IMG/VR virus record: IMGVR_UViG_3300010047_000003
Coordinates: 1-43,893 of that record
Origin: a virus
Taxonomy: Duplodnaviria; Caudoviricetes
DNA length: 43,893 nucleotides
Strand: one strand, 5' to 3'
Shown here: positions 43,588 to 43,893 of the stretch, piece after piece
Layout of the letters: every line of letters starts with the position of its first letter
How positions within the stretch are numbered: the stretch's first letter is position 1
The notes under the pieces: generated by a model
Databases searched by the model: none
The model's input: only the letters and a program-made list of their open reading frames with translations
What the model was told of the DNA's origin: nothing
Made by a program: the position numbers and the translations under genes

Positions 43588-43893
43588 GTTTATCCCACCA
43601 ATTCGGTCCTTGTTTTTTTACCCGCTGAATCGTGCGGGTTAGCTGGGTTTGCTTTTTAGCCAGGACCCGTTCCTGGGCTTCGATCTTAGCTTTATCGGAA
43701 CTGGTGACAACTTTAGTGGCAACGACGTTGGCCGTCCGTCCGCTGGTAGCTGCCGCTGCACCAGCTCGAGCTGCCGCCACTCCTGCGCTTCCTGCGGCTG
43801 ATTGTGCGGCTTGCTCACTTTTTAAAGCGGCAGTTTTGGCAAGGTTGGTGGCATCGAGGACGAGTTGATTCGTTTCGTTAGCTTTGGCAAGGG
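43577..43893 (-). CDS. 3' part of the join-spanning spanin-like coiled-coil protein
   Basis: In frame with 1-508 through the 117-bp overlap; ends QGPNWWDKLVH. Confidence 0.6.
   Translation of the reverse strand, partial: LAKANETNQLVLDATNLAKTAALKSEQAAQSAAGSAGVAAARAGAAAATSGRTANVVATKVVTSSDKAKIEAQERVLAKKQTQLTRTIQRVKKQGPNWWDKLVH
43777..43893. repeat. 117-bp exact terminal overlap (copy 2)
   Basis: Identical to 1-117. Confidence 0.95.

Noticed and set aside
43777-43893. Biological direct terminal repeat
   Set aside because: It falls mid-gene, far from terS and the pac-like region; more simply an assembly overlap

Overview
The window is an apparently complete, circularly permuted temperate podovirus-like phage genome of about 43,776 bp; bases 1-117 are repeated exactly at 43777-43893. 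The minus-strand late region encodes terminase small and large subunits, portal, two IPT/TIG proteins, scaffold, major capsid protein, adaptor, a lysis cassette spanning the contig join, nozzle, tail-collar fibre, DNA-ejection proteins and extra tail fibres. A SET-domain gene and a PAPS-reductase-like gene are inserted among the ejection genes. The plus-strand early region encodes ribbon-helix-helix (RHH) regulators, an Xis-like protein, RuvC-like resolvase, SF2 helicase, Cas4-like nuclease, SSB-like protein, family A DNA polymerase, primase and an SF3-helicase homologue lacking its Walker A lysine. A tyrosine integrase lies beside an attP built on the 3' half of tRNA-Gly(GCC), with five CTCTATC arm boxes. 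The main finding is a second copy of the right half of attP at 11265-11351, 13.5 kb away, next to terS and a pac-like signal. It keeps the CTTCC-N7-GGAAGT core arms, an intervening CAAGTCT..AGCG.GTT block and two arm boxes at identical spacing, but has a different 7-bp overlap. This suggests an integrase with two sites: one for integration, and one for circularisation, dimer resolution or module excision. All product calls come from motif recognition by eye; no database searches were run.
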